64,000 bases of DNA from the human T2T-CHM13v2.0 reference genome, Homo sapiens: NCBI RefSeq assembly GCF_009914755.1, contig NC_060930.1, one strand, 5' to 3'. This document shows, piece after piece, positions 1 through 15,737 of this stretch. The notes beneath the pieces were generated by a model. It ran no database searches and was not told the DNA's origin. It was given only the letters and a program-made list of their open reading frames with translations. The translations under genes were made by a program, and so were the position numbers. Numbering within the stretch: position 1 is the first letter of the stretch; every line of letters begins with the position of its first letter.

Positions 1-645
1 GGTGTGGGTTGCAGTGGAGTCAAAGAATTATAGTTGGGGTACTGATCTGGCAAGGTACGAGGTGGTGGTGGTCAGAAGTGAATAACTGTTCCAACTCCTT
101 ACTCTTACTGTGTGTCTTATTGTAATTAAAGCTTTGACACACTTAATATCTAATAATTTCCAACTTTCTATTAAGCTAAGGGTGTCCATAATTTTTGTCA
201 CTAGGATTAGCAATTCCAGTTTTCCATGTGCTGCTTGTTTTTACAAAATGGTGTAGAGACAACATACAATAAAATATTCAATAAACATAGAGACTCCTGC
301 ATAGAAACTGACACCATGAGAAAACAAGATTTGACAGTGTGGTAGCAAGAAATGGATCTTTGTCAGCTGATGGCTGGAACAGTTACCAAGGCATGATTTG
401 CTCCCCAAATGTTTAAAAAACTTCAAAGATCTTTGATAACTTTCTTGATTTCTTTCATGGTTATTTCCTGAGACAGTTTTAGTAATGAGAATAAAATTGT
501 GCTTTGATCCAGATTTTATGTTTATTAGTACAATTATGTGAAGCAGCCTTGAAAATCTTATAAAATATTTGATTCTCTAGTTATTTCCTATTGCTATTTT
601 TTCTTGATAAGATAATGTATTGTATTTCAAAGAACAGGCTCTTGA

Positions 646-961
<316 letters not shown>

Positions 962-1595
962 TCTTGGATTAATTTCTGTTATACTGTTTTTCCCCTAATA
1001 CTTCCTGTGATTATTTTTATTTCCTTCTATTTTATTTTATTTTGACTTTTATTATGAAAATTTTTAGAATACAAAAAGGTAGGAAAAATTAAGTATGGCC
1101 GCCAAACATGTATGCCCACCTTACATATTTAAAGTGGCTTCTTTTTCCTTTTTTAATAAGCATTTTGTGGGGAGATATTTTGACTATGTAAATATCCCAT
1201 TCACCATCAAACTTTTAAATTTTCATTTATTATATTAGTCTGAACCATGGATTTCTGCATTTTTCTGAAAGTTATAATCTGTAACCACCGTTATTTATTT
1301 TACTGGTCAAATTTCCCAGATTTGACCAGTAGGAGCCCCTTCAGGCTGGTTTCTGTGTCCTTTTGATGGGTCCTCATCATTTTTTGAGTACTTTCTTACT
1401 GGTATAAGATACTTTCATACTGACCTTATGGCCTACAAAATGTTTAAAATAATGATATTAAATAATTGATTTGGTCTGCTGATGTACCAGAAAGCTAGAA
1501 TTCCAGTTAATTTATATTAAATTTGGAAGTAAGCATTGGTATATTTCTGTATATAAATATATACATAATATTAAATTGTCATATAGTAAAATTGA

Positions 1596-1873
<278 letters not shown>

Positions 1874-1884
1874 AAAATTGAATT

Positions 1885-3280
1885 TTTTTCTTTTGGTATT
1901 CAGTTAGATGAATTTTAACACACATATACATTCCTGTAGTCAGTACCATCATCCAGATTCAGAAAGTTTATTACCCCCAAAAATCTCCCTCTATCTATAA
2001 TGGTTACCCCTTCCCCACCTATAACCCCTGGCAGCCTCTGACCTATTCTCTTTCACTGTAGTTTTGTGTTTTTGTGAATGACATGTAAGTGGAATCATAC
2101 AGTGTGTAACATTTTGAAATTGCATTTTTTCACTCAGCATAATAATCTTTGAAATTCATCCAAGCTGTTGAGTGTATCAGTAGTTCACTTTTTTGCTGAA
2201 TAGTATTCCATTTTATAGCTATAACACTGTTTACTTATTAATCTATTGAAGGGCATTTGAGTGGTGTCCAGTTGTGACAATTATGAATAGAACAGCCATA
2301 AACATTTATGCACAAGTGTGTGAAGATTCATTTTCAGTTTTGGAGTGGGATTGCTGCATAATAAGGTCATATATGTATGTTTAACTTTATAAAAAACTGC
2401 CAAATTGTTTTCCAGAGTAATTATTTTTCTTTTGCATTCCCACCACTGGTATGTGAGAGTTCGAACTGCCACCTATCTTTGCCAGCATTTGGTATTGCCA
2501 ATTTTTAAAAATTTTGGCCCCGTGTGGTGGCTCACACCTTTAACACCAACACTTTGGGAGGCCGAGGCCAGTGAATTGCTTGAGCCCAGAAGTTTGAACC
2601 TAGCCTGGGCAACATGGAGAAACCCTGTCATTGCAAAAAGTAAAAATATTAGCTGGGCATGGTGGTGCATCCCTGTTGTCCCAGCTACTTGTACTGAGAT
2701 GGGAGGATCACTTGAGCCTGAGAGGTCAAAGATGCAGTGGGTCGTGATCAGTCTACTGCACCCTAGCCAGGGTGACAGCAAGACCCTGCCTCAAAAAAAA
2801 AAAATTTTTTTTTAACCATTCTGTTAGGCGTGTGGTGATATCTCATCATGGTTTTAATTTTCATTTCCTTAATAGCTACTGATATTAAGCATCTTTATAT
2901 GTATTTTTGTGTCACCCTCATACACTCTTTGACAAACTGTTTCTTCATATCTTTTGCCCATTTTTTACTGGGTTGTGTGTTTTCTTATTGCACTTTAAGA
3001 ACTCTTTGTGTAAATTTTTTTTGCCAGATACATGATTTGTAGATATTTTCTCCCTGACTGTGGCTTGTCGTTTCAATCTCTTAAATATCTTTTCTAGAAC
3101 AAAAGTTTTTAATTTGAATGAAGATGATTTATCAATCTTTACATTTTCTGTTTACATCAATGATCCATTTAGAGTTAGTTTTTATATAAAGTGTAAGGCC
3201 TAGGTAGAGGTTCATTTCTGCCATGTGTAATATGAATTGTTCAAACATCGTTTATTGAAAAGAATATCCTTTTTCTTGAA
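1885..3280 (-). mobile_element. Old L1M 3' region fossil (interrupted by an Alu)
   Basis: gaatagtattccatt, tgtggtgatatctcatcatggttttaattttcatttcc, ttgcccattttttactgggttg. Confidence 0.75.
2516..2804 (+). mobile_element. Alu (J)
   Basis: Alu consensus with A-tail. Confidence 0.9.
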
Positions 3281-6200
3281 ATGTTTTTAGATTAGAAAGT
3301 TTAGTTTCTGTCATTTTTGGTTAAAAATTGAAATTTCAAAGTTTTGATTACATGGTATTAATATGTTTAACAAATTCCAAATATGATTTCATCACTTGAG
3401 AACTTATTTGTTCAATTCTAATGTTTGTATATAAGGTAGAATCATATTTTGTGAAGAGTTACTCCCTGTGGCAAAAAAAATGTAAAATAATTTTGAAGAT
3501 TCCACTTTAATTATTAGTAGACTGTTTATAAAAGAAAATGGGATTATTTTATTCTCTCTTAAAATTCTGCTTAATTTAGCGTCCACTTACAACTTTCTGG
3601 TTACTCAAGGTAGTAAATATTGTGTTGTTTTATTTTAAATCCTCCACATTTGAAAAGTTTTCTTAACATTTCAAACGAAATAATTTCTGATTTTTTTCTA
3701 TTTAGTTTTTCTTAAGTTCATTACAAAAAGAGTAAAGAAATTTAACGAGTCTATACAGCTGTCTTTATAAAAAAGTGAAGATTGTTAATAAAAAATTAAG
3801 AAATGTTATATTTCTTCTATAAAACTAGCCTATACTTGGGACTTTTTGTTCTCTTTAAAAACATGATTTACTATGAAGAAAAAGAGTGAGTGACTTCCAA
3901 CATAATGAAATTATGGGTGAGGGTGGTAGAATTATTTTCTTTGCCACAGTTGATTTCTATTATTTATATGAAATAATCATGTCAGCCTGTAGTACATAAT
4001 TAAATATATAATATAATTTTAGTTTATATTAACAGATATGTTAAATATGTAAAAAGGATTTAGACTAAAATGGTCTGGAAATCTTTTTTATATATAGTTT
4101 AAATGTTTTTACTCCTTAATACTTGGTGAATAAAAATGTGCATAATTTTAAAGAACACAAAGTGCATGGATATGTAGTGTATATGTTGGTTGTATACATA
4201 TAGCTTTGTAATTTTTAACTGTTCATGGTTTCTTTTTTTACCTCCTTTTTAAATTCCGATTTTTTTAGAGTAGTGACTGTCTTTTTTGTTTTTCTTAACC
4301 TTCCACATATTTTGACCCAACCACATATTCCAAGAAGTGTCATTCATAATAATGCAGTGTTGACTTGAATTTTTAAAAATAACTTAGAAAATAATACATT
4401 CTGCTGCTTTTATTTCATTTTGTTCAATATTTAGTTTTTATAACTACGTTAGTATGAGTAAGCTTTTTGATTTTCTACATGAGTTAAAGTGGTAATATAT
4501 TTTGTTTAGAAAGAAGGCTAATAGACTGTTAAAAAAAAGATGTTTGATGTTACTACTTTTGGCTTGGAAGCTTGGGGAATTTCTTTAGTTTGATCATAGT
4601 AGAAGAATTTGTTAACTTATCATTTTTAAGATGCTACTTATTTAGATTTAAAAATTGATTGTGAAATTTAACATTCCTTGTAGTCAGTACTAAAATGGTA
4701 CATCATGGTGTATTTATCATTTATGATCAGAAAGACCAAGATGAACAGAAACAGAAACCAATTATGTCTGATTTATTCTTAGCTCACATGAATTAACTTG
4801 CCTTTTTAAAAAAGAAAGTGGAGATGTGTGATAGTAAAGTTATTTTTGTAGAGCCATAATTTTGTGGCCTCAAATTCTTTAAATTTGCAAGAAAATTTTA
4901 TAAGCCATTAGGTTTTTGTTTTTGGGATTACGAGAATCAGTGTGGGCTTCCTTATTGAGGTGCTGTAAATTCACATTTCTTTATTAAACAGAAAAATATT
5001 TATTTATTGCCCTCATTCAGTTTTAGAGCAAGTAAGCTGAAAACTAACTAGTGGTAATTCTGCCCCACTCCCACCCACCTCTACAGCAATATTAACCTCT
5101 TCCACTCATTATCTCAGTGGTATAATTTGACATTTTTCCAGGTACTTTATGCTTGGGAAATCTAGTATTATATTTTTGAAATCTCCATAGCATTCCTGAA
5201 AACAGAAAAAAACCCATGTTTAGGTTTATGGTGTCATTTTATTAAAGAATATCTGTTTTACTTTTAAAATTCTGTCAAGGATTTTATTTTTTATGTGTAT
5301 TATATCCCAGATTCTGTTCCCAAAATAAAAATAAAAATGCTTTTTAGATGATAGAGATGTTTGAAATGTAGATCAACAAATACCAATAAATAACTGTTTC
5401 ACCCTGATACTTGTGTGATTAGATTTAGGAATTTGCTGTTTAGTAGGTTCCTATTGTGGCAGAGAAATCTTTCAGGCATGAATTGATAGTCTAGATCCTT
5501 TGAGGTCTGTCTATTCTGACCTATAACCCCTATTCTTACAAGGTCAACATCTGAGGGCAGGAGATTAAGGCAGTTTAAAGACCAGAATGGTAAATGGAAT
5601 GGAAAAATTAGCCAGCACATTTTGGTTGCAAAACATCAAAGTCATCAAATAGTTTGCTTATTTTAAACCTGGCTTATGGTTATAACAAGCTAATTTTATT
5701 GTGTTTGTTGGAATCAGAAAAGTTTAATCACTATGGTTTACTTCAAGGTACTATTTATATAATAATAAATTTTAGCTGCATAATACAAATTAAGTTCACA
5801 TAGCTTACCCTCAAAATATCAGGAAATGTAAAAATAGTTTGTCACAATATCAATACATTTTAGTCTTGTATGCATTTGTATACTTAATTTAAATTTAAAT
5901 TGGGAAAATATTTACTTCAGCTTTTACTATGAAATATTTAATTTATCAACACTGTTGCATAAAATATATACATATGGTAATATGAAGTGACTGAGGATTT
6001 AGTTGTAATTATACAATGTTGACTTTTGGGAAAAAAATAGTTTTAAAAGATGGAGGTAGAAAGTAAAAGAAGGTAAATTGATTAGGGAGAGACAATTTGT
6101 TCATTTTTCTCCTTTGCCTTTTTGAGACTGCTCTTTTAAATTTTGTCTTTCCCCTTTAAAATGTTCCTTATATCTTTTACTTGTATGCTTTTTTTCATTG

Positions 6201-7235
6201 TAACTCCGAACTATAGATCAGTTGATATCCCTTCTTAGTTTCTATATTTTGGTCCCTGTAAGAAATTCCCCACAACTCTTTATTTTACATTTGTTTGTAT
6301 CCTGGACAGCTGTGAATTTGCATCTTGTACTTCCTACTAATGACTGGCAGAGGCTCGAGTTGAATAACTAAACTATTGCATCCAAATTTTCAGTCATCCA
6401 TATGGTGACTAAGGAAATTAGTAAAACCAGTAGAATACCCAAGTCTTCTTAATTCTTCTGTATTTTTAATTCTATCCCAAGTTTCTTTATTATAGCCTAA
6501 TTTTAGGATGGTTATCCAAGTCCTTTCTTCTTGTGATTATTTGGCCAGGGATCTCTTAATGAGGCAATTATAGTTGTTTCCTTCATTCACATTATCTTAG
6601 CAGATGCTCTCCCTGCTGTGACCTCTGTTCAGACTGGGCAGACAATGTGCCATTCTCATCACCCTCTGCCAGACATTGTGTGGAGCTGAGCTTCATTTGG
6701 CGCTGCATAGGTCTCCCAAGATGCCATTGGAATGGTCAGAAGCCAAGTGGCAAATAATCAGAATTTTAGGTTGATTTTCTGATTGCTGATTATAATAAAT
6801 AATAAAATAATGCCTACAGAAAAAAAGTTCCAGAAGCAACTCTAATAATAGTTCAAGTAGAAATTATGGATTTAAGAAGTAACTTAGCTTTCTTGCTTTA
6901 GACTGTGGCCTTGGTGAAATTAGATCATATATTTATTGTATGATTTCGGTACAAGGGTATTGTGATAATTTGGTAGTATTTTAGAAATTTGATATCCTTT
7001 CTAAAAAGGAAATTAATTTAGCCTCTAATATTAAGTATGTAGATGTTTAAATGAACATTATGACATTGTTCAGAGTATCACTTGTAAATTTTAACGTCAC
7101 TTAAATTTTAAAAATTATGCTTAAATGTCTTAAACATAAATTATCATGATTTATATCTGCTAACTATGACATCCAATCTGTTCCTGTGTGAACAGAGTAA
7201 GAGCTGATCAAGATGAAGACTGATCAACAGAAAAT

Positions 7236-7303
7236 TTTGTTACTTGCACTGCTGAATCCTTCCACTGAATTTGTTACTTGCACTGCTGAATCCTTCCACT
7301 GAA
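7236..7303. repeat. Perfect 2 x 34-bp tandem duplication
   Basis: tttgttacttgcactgctgaatccttccactgaa occurs twice. Confidence 0.95.
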
Positions 7304-7521
7304 ATACTAGTTCTGCATCCCAAACCCCAGTAACAATCTAGGGGAATCACAAAGTTTTCAGCAGTCTCCAGCTAGACTTTTTAAATTCTACATAATAAGG
7401 ATATGCAAGTCAAATTCTGTTCTAATAAATTTGAAGAGCTTATATAAAGATTCTTCCAAATTCACATTGGCATTTTAATTTTTGAAATTTGGTTAAAATA
7501 ACAGATTAAGAGCTACAACTT

Positions 7522-7896
<375 letters not shown>

Positions 7897-7959
7897 TGAA
7901 CTGTTCTCATAAAGAGATGTTTCTTTTTTTTGGAATAATAGGATTACCTTATTTATATT

Positions 7960-9720
7960 AAATTTATTTTGTATATATATGGTCCTGGGAAAATTGTCTA
8001 TCTGTAGAGAAAGAGTAAGATTGGACCCCTACCTTATACCATTTTTAAAGACATAAGGCAAAGCTTTACAACAATATTAGAAGGAAATACAGGATAATAT
8101 TCCTGTGATCTTAGGTTTGGGAAAGATCTTTTTAAAAGAAGGTACAAACAGTACAAACCATAAGGGATAAGATTAATAAAATTGCTCTAAAATTTAAACT
8201 TCTACCAGGCAAAGGTTTCAGTCAGACAGATAAAACCACTCAAAGTATCTATAGAAATTAGGGATTTAGACCTTATACGTTATGTGGGAGTTGCAGGGCA
8301 ATGGAAGAGTCAGTGTTTTAGAGAAATAGTCATTAACCAGTCTTCAGAAGCACTGGGCTGAGGGGTACAAATCAGAGCTTGCAGGGAATTCCAAAAAGCC
8401 AGGCACATGTGACTATGAAAAGGGAACTGGAAGAGGGAGTCTCTGGAGAGGCCTGTGGAAACTGCTGCCTCCGAGTGGACCAGTGGCAGGCTGCTGTTGG
8501 TCAGCAGGGCCAACAGTTGGGAAAACAAGCTGAGCACAGAGCACCAGAGAGAGAACAGCTGGGACCTGCTGGGCAGGTCTGTGTCTGTTACCAAGTCTGG
8601 CCAGGTCCAAGAATAATGACTTCTTCACTTCCAAATCTTGTACAAGTTTCTCTTTTGGTTGACTCTACCTCAGAACCATCCAGAGAAGGAGATTTCTGTG
8701 AAATACAGGTGCTAGCCGTAACCAAACTGACATTTCAATCTAGCATCATTAATATAAACAAAGTTAGAGTGGGAAAAGATATTTCCAGTGCATGTAATTG
8801 ATAAATAATTAATATCCAAAAAGCACTACAAATCAAAAAGAAAAAACAAAGCCTGACAGAAATGAACAAATAGTAATTCATAAAGAAAAATATTCACTGA
8901 AAAACTGTGTGGCATTACTAACCTAAATGAGACATCATTTCACTCATGTTGAACTAGCAGAAATTTCAAAGTCTGACAGTACCAAGCATTGTGAAGAACG
9001 TTCCACAATACTGATGGGATTCTTGACACTACCACTTCATAGAGCAATTTGGCAATATCTGGTGGAAGATTGTTCATATCTTTTTACTCCACTTCTGGGT
9101 AGATTTTTCATGGCAGTGTTTTTCAAACTGTGGGTTGGGGCCCACTGGTGGCTTTGAGATCTATTTGATGGGTTATGACCAGTATTATTAATTTTAAAAA
9201 ATGAGATAGAATAAAAATCATCAGAGCACTTTGCATGTAGTAAGAGTAACTTGTTTCATAAACTTTTGAGTTGTGGTGTGTGTATTTGTGCGAGTACTGA
9301 ATCAAGATTGAAAATGTTTTCTCAATGTGGGGCATGGTCATTTTCACACAAAGAGAATTATGCAAAAATGTTACTTAGAGCATTGTTTGTAGTAACAAAA
9401 AACTAGAAACCTAAATGTCTGTAAATGAGAATTTTTAAATTATAGTATATTCTTAGGATGATATGGCAGTTAAAGTGAACATATTAGAGCTACATCTCAA
9501 GGATAACTCCTTTTTTAAAAACCCTACTGTATTGTTGAATAAAAATGTAAGTTGCACAGAGTGTATGAAATTTACTCCATCTATATTAATTTTTTAAAAC
9601 CATCAAATGATATTATGTATTATGTATGGATACTTACATGTGTGGCAAAAATGTGAAAACATGATAAACCCTAAATTCATGAGAGTACTTACTCTTAAGA
9701 GGCAGAGAAGAGAATGGGAT
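7960..9720 (+). mobile_element. Old L1M(E) fragments with nested insertions
   Basis: ggacccctaccttataccat, atgagacatcatttcac, cattgtttgtagtaacaaaaaactagaaacctaaatgtc. Confidence 0.6.
8207..8735. mobile_element. Old ERVL/MaLR-type LTR inside an L1M fossil
   Basis: GC-richer block ending tagccgtaaccaaactgaca that interrupts L1-like AT-rich sequence. Family uncertain. Confidence 0.45.
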
Positions 9721-10969
9721 TGTGGGAGTATGCAGATTATATTTAACCATTTGTTCAAGTTATTTTGAAACCTTCAGTAGGGTATTCATATATAATAGAT
9801 TCCACACCTTATGCTATTTATTTTTAGGTATTGTAGTTTTTGATGCTATTTTGAATGAATTTTTTTTCTTCAGTTTTAACTGGTTCTTGCCTACTGTAGA
9901 GAAAAGCTGTGTAAAGATTTAGGGGAAAGTTTTGTCTCTTTTCCAAGAGTTGTACCTATTCTTTTCTTAGGAATACACTCAAACTTCCTAAGCAGTGTTG
10001 AATGATGCTGATGACAGCAAGCATTTTGTCTTCCAATTTAATGAAAATAGCTTTAATATTTCAAGTTTAGTCTGATGTTTGCTATTGTTTTTCAGTAAAT
10101 AATCATGTTTAAATTGCTTTCTTTTTCTCCTCGTTTACTCAGAGTTTTTACTGTGGATGGCTGCTAAATTATTATATCAAAAATGTTTTCAGCATCTCTC
10201 GACATAATTAATTTTCTACTCTAGTATATTGATAAAGTGAGTTACATCTATAGATTTTATGAAGTTAAAGCATTCTTACATTCCTGTGTGGAAGTGGGAC
10301 CCTTTTTAGTCATTATTTGCTTATTCAGTTTCATCATATTTATCAGTCATACATAACTAGGACTTTTTGTGTACTTTCCTCTTTAAGTTTTATTAAATTT
10401 ATTAAGATTATTCTAGTCTCATGAATTAGTGAGTTTTCTGTCTCTGTATTGCTGTATAGTTTAACATAATACGAATTTAAGTAGTAGTCTCCTCTCAAGT
10501 GATAAATAATAGATTTCTTCTTTCATGGGAAAAACATCACAACTTGTGTTTATATTTATTTACTATATACCTTTTATTTTTATGTTTTATAATGTATACT
10601 AGTATATACCTGATATTATAAATACACACAAATACACATTATATGTATATTTGTATTTACATATAATGGGGTAGGTGTTCAAAAAAAATTCTTACTAATA
10701 AGTGTGCATGATCAAAATAATTTAGAGCCCACAACTTTAAAAGGTAATAGAACTAAGCTATAAACACCAAAGCCCTTCGCATTTTGTAGTTAAAAAAATT
10801 GTCCAGAGCTTTCTCATATCTATTAGAGTTTTCTGTTTCCTTTTCAATCGGATTTGGTATATTTTACTAAGAAATTATTTACTTCCATTAGATTTTCTAA
10901 TTTGTGCCAAAAATTGAAAGAAGATTTTCTTATATCTTTAAATTTCCTCCTTATATGCAATTGGATTTT

Positions 10970-11284
10970 TTATTTATTTCTTTTATTTTTTTATTTTTTG
11001 AGACAAGTTCTCTCACTCTGGTTGCCCAGGCTGGAGCACAGTGGTAGAATCTTGGCTCACTGCAGCCTCGACCTCCTGGGCTCAGGTGATTCTCCCACCT
11101 CAGCCTCCTGAGCAGCTTGGATTACAGGCACACACCAACACAACCAATAATTTTTTTTTTTTTTAGTAGAGACAGGGTTTCACCATGTTGCCCAGGCTGT
11201 TCTTGAACTCCTGGGCTCAAGCAATCCTCCCGCCTCAGCCTCCCAGAGTGCTGGGATTACAGGTGTGAGCCACCACACCTAGCC
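10970..11284 (-). mobile_element. Alu (J)
   Basis: Alu consensus. TSD tgcaattggatttt. Confidence 0.9.
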
Positions 11285-11767
11285 TGCAATTGGATTTTAG
11301 TAATTCCTAACATTTTAGGTTTTCATTTTCTTTTTTTCTCATTTAGGCATCTCGCGAATTTACCTTTTCAAATAATTACCTTTTATCTACAATTTTGCCT
11401 GTTTTTGGTTTCTTTCAGATCTCACTTGTATAATGTCTTCTTTGTTAATTTTGTTATATTTTTCTTTCTATTTTCATAAGTTGGATGCTTAATTTATCTT
11501 CAGTCTTTATTTTTATAGGTACTATGGATTTCAGACCATAAATATTCTTTTAGGAAAAACTTAATTGTTTTGCACAGGTTTCAGTATGAAGTTCTAGGTT
11601 TTTTTTGTTATTTTCTAGATAATTTGATACTTAGTCTTGATTTTCACTGTGCTGGCTACTCTGAAATCCAGTGCTGTTAAAGGGTTGTTGTTTATCATCT
11701 GACTGGAGGTATAGTGGTCATAAGTGTTTCTGGTGCAAGTTACACAAATGAACTCATCATGGCTGAA

Positions 11768-11947
11768 AGTAGTTGTTCTCAATGTCATTTTTGGACCAGC
11801 ATCAGCATCACATGGGATCTTGCTTAAAATGCACACTCTAAGGCCTGACCCTAGACTTAACCTGGGGTGTTGAGCTCAGCCATTGTGTTTTTTTTCTTCT
11901 TTCTTCCAACAAACCTCTGGGTAATTTTGATATATTGTAAGTTTGAG
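11768..11947. mobile_element. MER5A-type hAT DNA transposon fossil
   Basis: tagttgttctcaa...ggaccagcatcagcatcacatgggatcttgcttaaaatgca...aagtttgaga. Confidence 0.65.
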
Positions 11948-13198
11948 ATCCCTTGGCTTGGCATGGGAGGGTGATGTGGGAAGAAATCTGTTGAATCACG
12001 TAGTTTATAATTCCAGGAATTAAAATAGTTCAGATACATCTGGATTTGAGTGCTCAATCCTAGTGCCAAGAGGGATAGAATTCCCAGCAATTCTCACAAA
12101 AGTTCAGAATTAATTTTGTTGATCTAGCCTAGAATGTGATAATCTGATTCGCTAGACATGAATCATTTGCCCACTCTGTGCTGGGGAGTCAGGTGAACTC
12201 CCACCCCCATCTAAACCACAAGAATTAAAAGTAGGGGAAAGAGGATTCTCCAGAAGAAAAAGTGCCATTATGAGTAGAGACACTGAATTGGGGGAAGGGG
12301 GTAGGCAAAAATAACTGATACACATAAAATAGCACTGGATTTCAGAGTAGCCAGTCTGTAAACTGTTACTGTTTTTCAAGAAGACAATGAGCTTGTACTA
12401 TAATCTAAGTTGATATACCACTTCCTTCATTGGAAGGCCTTGCTACAAAAACAGTGTGACCTGTACTAAATATTCCTTTCTTCGTGTGTTTAGAAATTTC
12501 CTCTGTTATTTGTTTATATGTTTCTTTACTTTTTTCCTTCTCTCCTGGAAATCTGGTTACATAGCTATTAGTGCTCCTAAAGTTTCATGTCTTTTCTCAG
12601 CATTTTCATCTGTCGTCTTGCTTTCTTTTGTAAGATCATTATTTTGAACATTAATTGAGGTCTTCTAGAACATCGACTGACTTCTCAGATGTGACTGTCT
12701 TCTTTCACTGTTTTTTTTTTCTATTTAGTTTCAAAATTTGAGATCATGTTTTTAGTTCCAGAGAGCTTTCTTTTCTGTCCTAAACTGGTTTATGTTAAAA
12801 ATTATCTTCAGATGTCAGTGGGAGCCAGGTTTTCTAAAAGTGCAGCTCTCTCTCTCAGGTTACTTTGTCCCTATGAAATACTGGAGTTTTTCTCCCCTCT
12901 CATTGTGGTTTTTCTTCCTTTAACATGAGTACAGAGGTGGCTTTTAGCCTCTCTTAAACAGAGACAAACCTCTGATTTATGGAAGTGATTTGTGATTTCT
13001 GCTCTTGTGAGCTGACAGTAAGCAAACTATCAAAGCCCAACCCCTCTGCTATGGGAGATGGGGGTTGAAGGATGGAAGACCAAGGAAAGAACCTCTGAAC
13101 TGTCCTTTGCTCACTGGAAGAATATATTCCATTTGCCAAAGGAACAAAAAAGTGAAAATACCTAGGAATAAAGCTTAATGAGAGATATACAGAGTCTA

Positions 13199-13440
<242 letters not shown>

Positions 13441-13658
13441 AGAAAACTAAAACTATACAAAGTTAGTATAAAAGAAAACACATGAGTAAAACTAAGCTCA
13501 GTATGAAGCCTACCCTGGGATATGTTTGTTTGTGTATGTGTGTGTATCCTATTCAAAATGAAATCTTTTGCTCCTTTTATTTTTATAAACTTAATAAGAT
13601 TGATAATTTTTAACCAGTTACTTAAAAAACTTCTTTTGTTGATTTTTTTGTTTATGGT

Positions 13659-13967
13659 TTTTTTTTTTTTAGAGACAGGGTCTCACTCTCACCCAAGCTG
13701 GAGTGCAGTGGCAGGATCTCAGCTTACTGCAGCCTCTCTTCCTGGATTCAAGCAATTCTCCTGCCTGAGCCACTTATGTAGCTAGGATTACAGGTGTGCA
13801 CCACCATGCCCTGCTAATTTTGTATTTTTAGTAGAGATGGGGTTTCACTAGCCTAGGCTAGTCGGGTTTCACAAGCCTAGGCTAGTCTCAAACTCCTGGG
13901 CTCAAGCGATCTGCCTCCTCAGCCTCCCAAAGTGCTGGGATTACAGGCGTGAGCCACTGGACCTGGC
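13659..13967 (-). mobile_element. Alu with an internal ~24-bp tandem duplication
   Basis: gggtttcac(t/a)agcctaggctagtc occurs twice at ~13840-13887. Confidence 0.88.
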
Positions 13968-14764
13968 TCTTTGTTGATTTTTAATAGTTTTTCAATATAT
14001 TCATGGTTTTCAAGGTATGAAATATTTTTACCCACAAATAATAATAACTATGTCCTCTATGATAATTTGTGGTATATCCATTTTATTGTTCTTCCATTTT
14101 GTTTCTGCCTTTGTGTTTTACCTATTCAGTGATCAAATAATTATCTATATTTTTCCTGGTTTCCTTCTATTAACTTTTAAATCCATCAAAAGTTTTATTT
14201 GTTACATTATATAAAGATTAAGAAGCTCTGTTCTGAATTTCCCCTTACTCAGCATCTCTTGCTGAACTCTGTTGATTTGTGAAAGTTCTTCTGTTATTTA
14301 ATGATTTCTTCCATACGTTACTTCTAATATGTATGTTTCAGGGCTCTATGCTTTTACAGCTTGTCCTACTCTTTCTTCCGCTAGTTGTTTTAATTTCTAT
14401 ATTTTTGTAATACCTTTTAATTCCTCAAAGGTAAATCTCCCTTTATTACTGTTCTGAGATATTATTATAGCTATTTTCATTTATTTTTAAAGATGAACTT
14501 AAAAATCACTTTCTTCCCATCATTATCAACTCTCATTGGTATTTTTATAGGAATTCAAATTATTTTATTCACAAAATATTTGTGGTACAGGAATCTCAGT
14601 TTTACAGTTTGTAAATCCAAAGTATAGTACTGTGAATAGAAATTTCAATTCCCACAATGAAGATATAAATCTAATTATAGCCGATAAACTACTTCATATG
14701 GCTTGATCTAATTTTTTTCATGCTCTAAAAATTGAGTTAATACAGTCATTGGAAATTACTGTTT

Positions 14765-14896
14765 TAGTTTAAAAAATATTTTCATTTCAATAGTTTTAGG
14801 GGTACAAGTGGCTTTTGGTTACATGGATGAATTGTAAAGTAGTGAAGCCTGGCTTTTAGTGTACCTCTTGCCCGACTAGTGCACGTTCTACCCAAT
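14765..14896 (-). mobile_element. L1PB/MA 3'-end fragment
   Basis: ttcaatagttttaggggtacaagtggcttttggttacatggatgaattgtaaagtagtgaag. Confidence 0.75.
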
Positions 14897-14952
14897 GGAA
14901 ATGATCTTAATGGTAACATTGTAAAGTTGTGTTTCTAGTCATTGGAATTTTT

Positions 14953-15079
14953 GGATCAAGTACAATGGCTTGCACATGTAATCTCAGCTACTTGGCAAGC
15001 TGAGATGGGAGGATCACTTCAGCCCAGGAGTTCGAGACCAGCTCAGGCAATATAGTGTGACCCTATCTCTTAAAAAAAA
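14953..15079 (+). mobile_element. Alu monomer (FLAM-like)
   Basis: Single arm plus A-tail. Confidence 0.75.
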
Positions 15080-15317
15080 TTTCATATGACATTTATAGCT
15101 ACAAGTATATGTGCTGTGAATAGTTTAACGTTAAACTGTTAGGAGCAGTAATAGAAGAAGCAGGTAACTAATCACATCATAGATTGAGAAAAGTTTCAGA
15201 AATACCTGAAGGCACTATTTTTTATTCTATGTATATCTTATATAGGTAGGCCTGTTTAAATCCTGAGTATTCCTAAATCCACTCACTTATATTTAATAAT
15301 AATAACTATTATTATTT

Positions 15318-15737
<420 letters not shown>

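Noticed and set aside
7236-7303. CRISPR-like direct repeats
   Set aside because: Two abutting copies with no spacer in a human intron. This is a simple tandem duplication.
8379-8801. 140-aa ORF in a GC-rich block
   Set aside because: Lies in an LTR-like fossil, with no recognisable domain or splice support.
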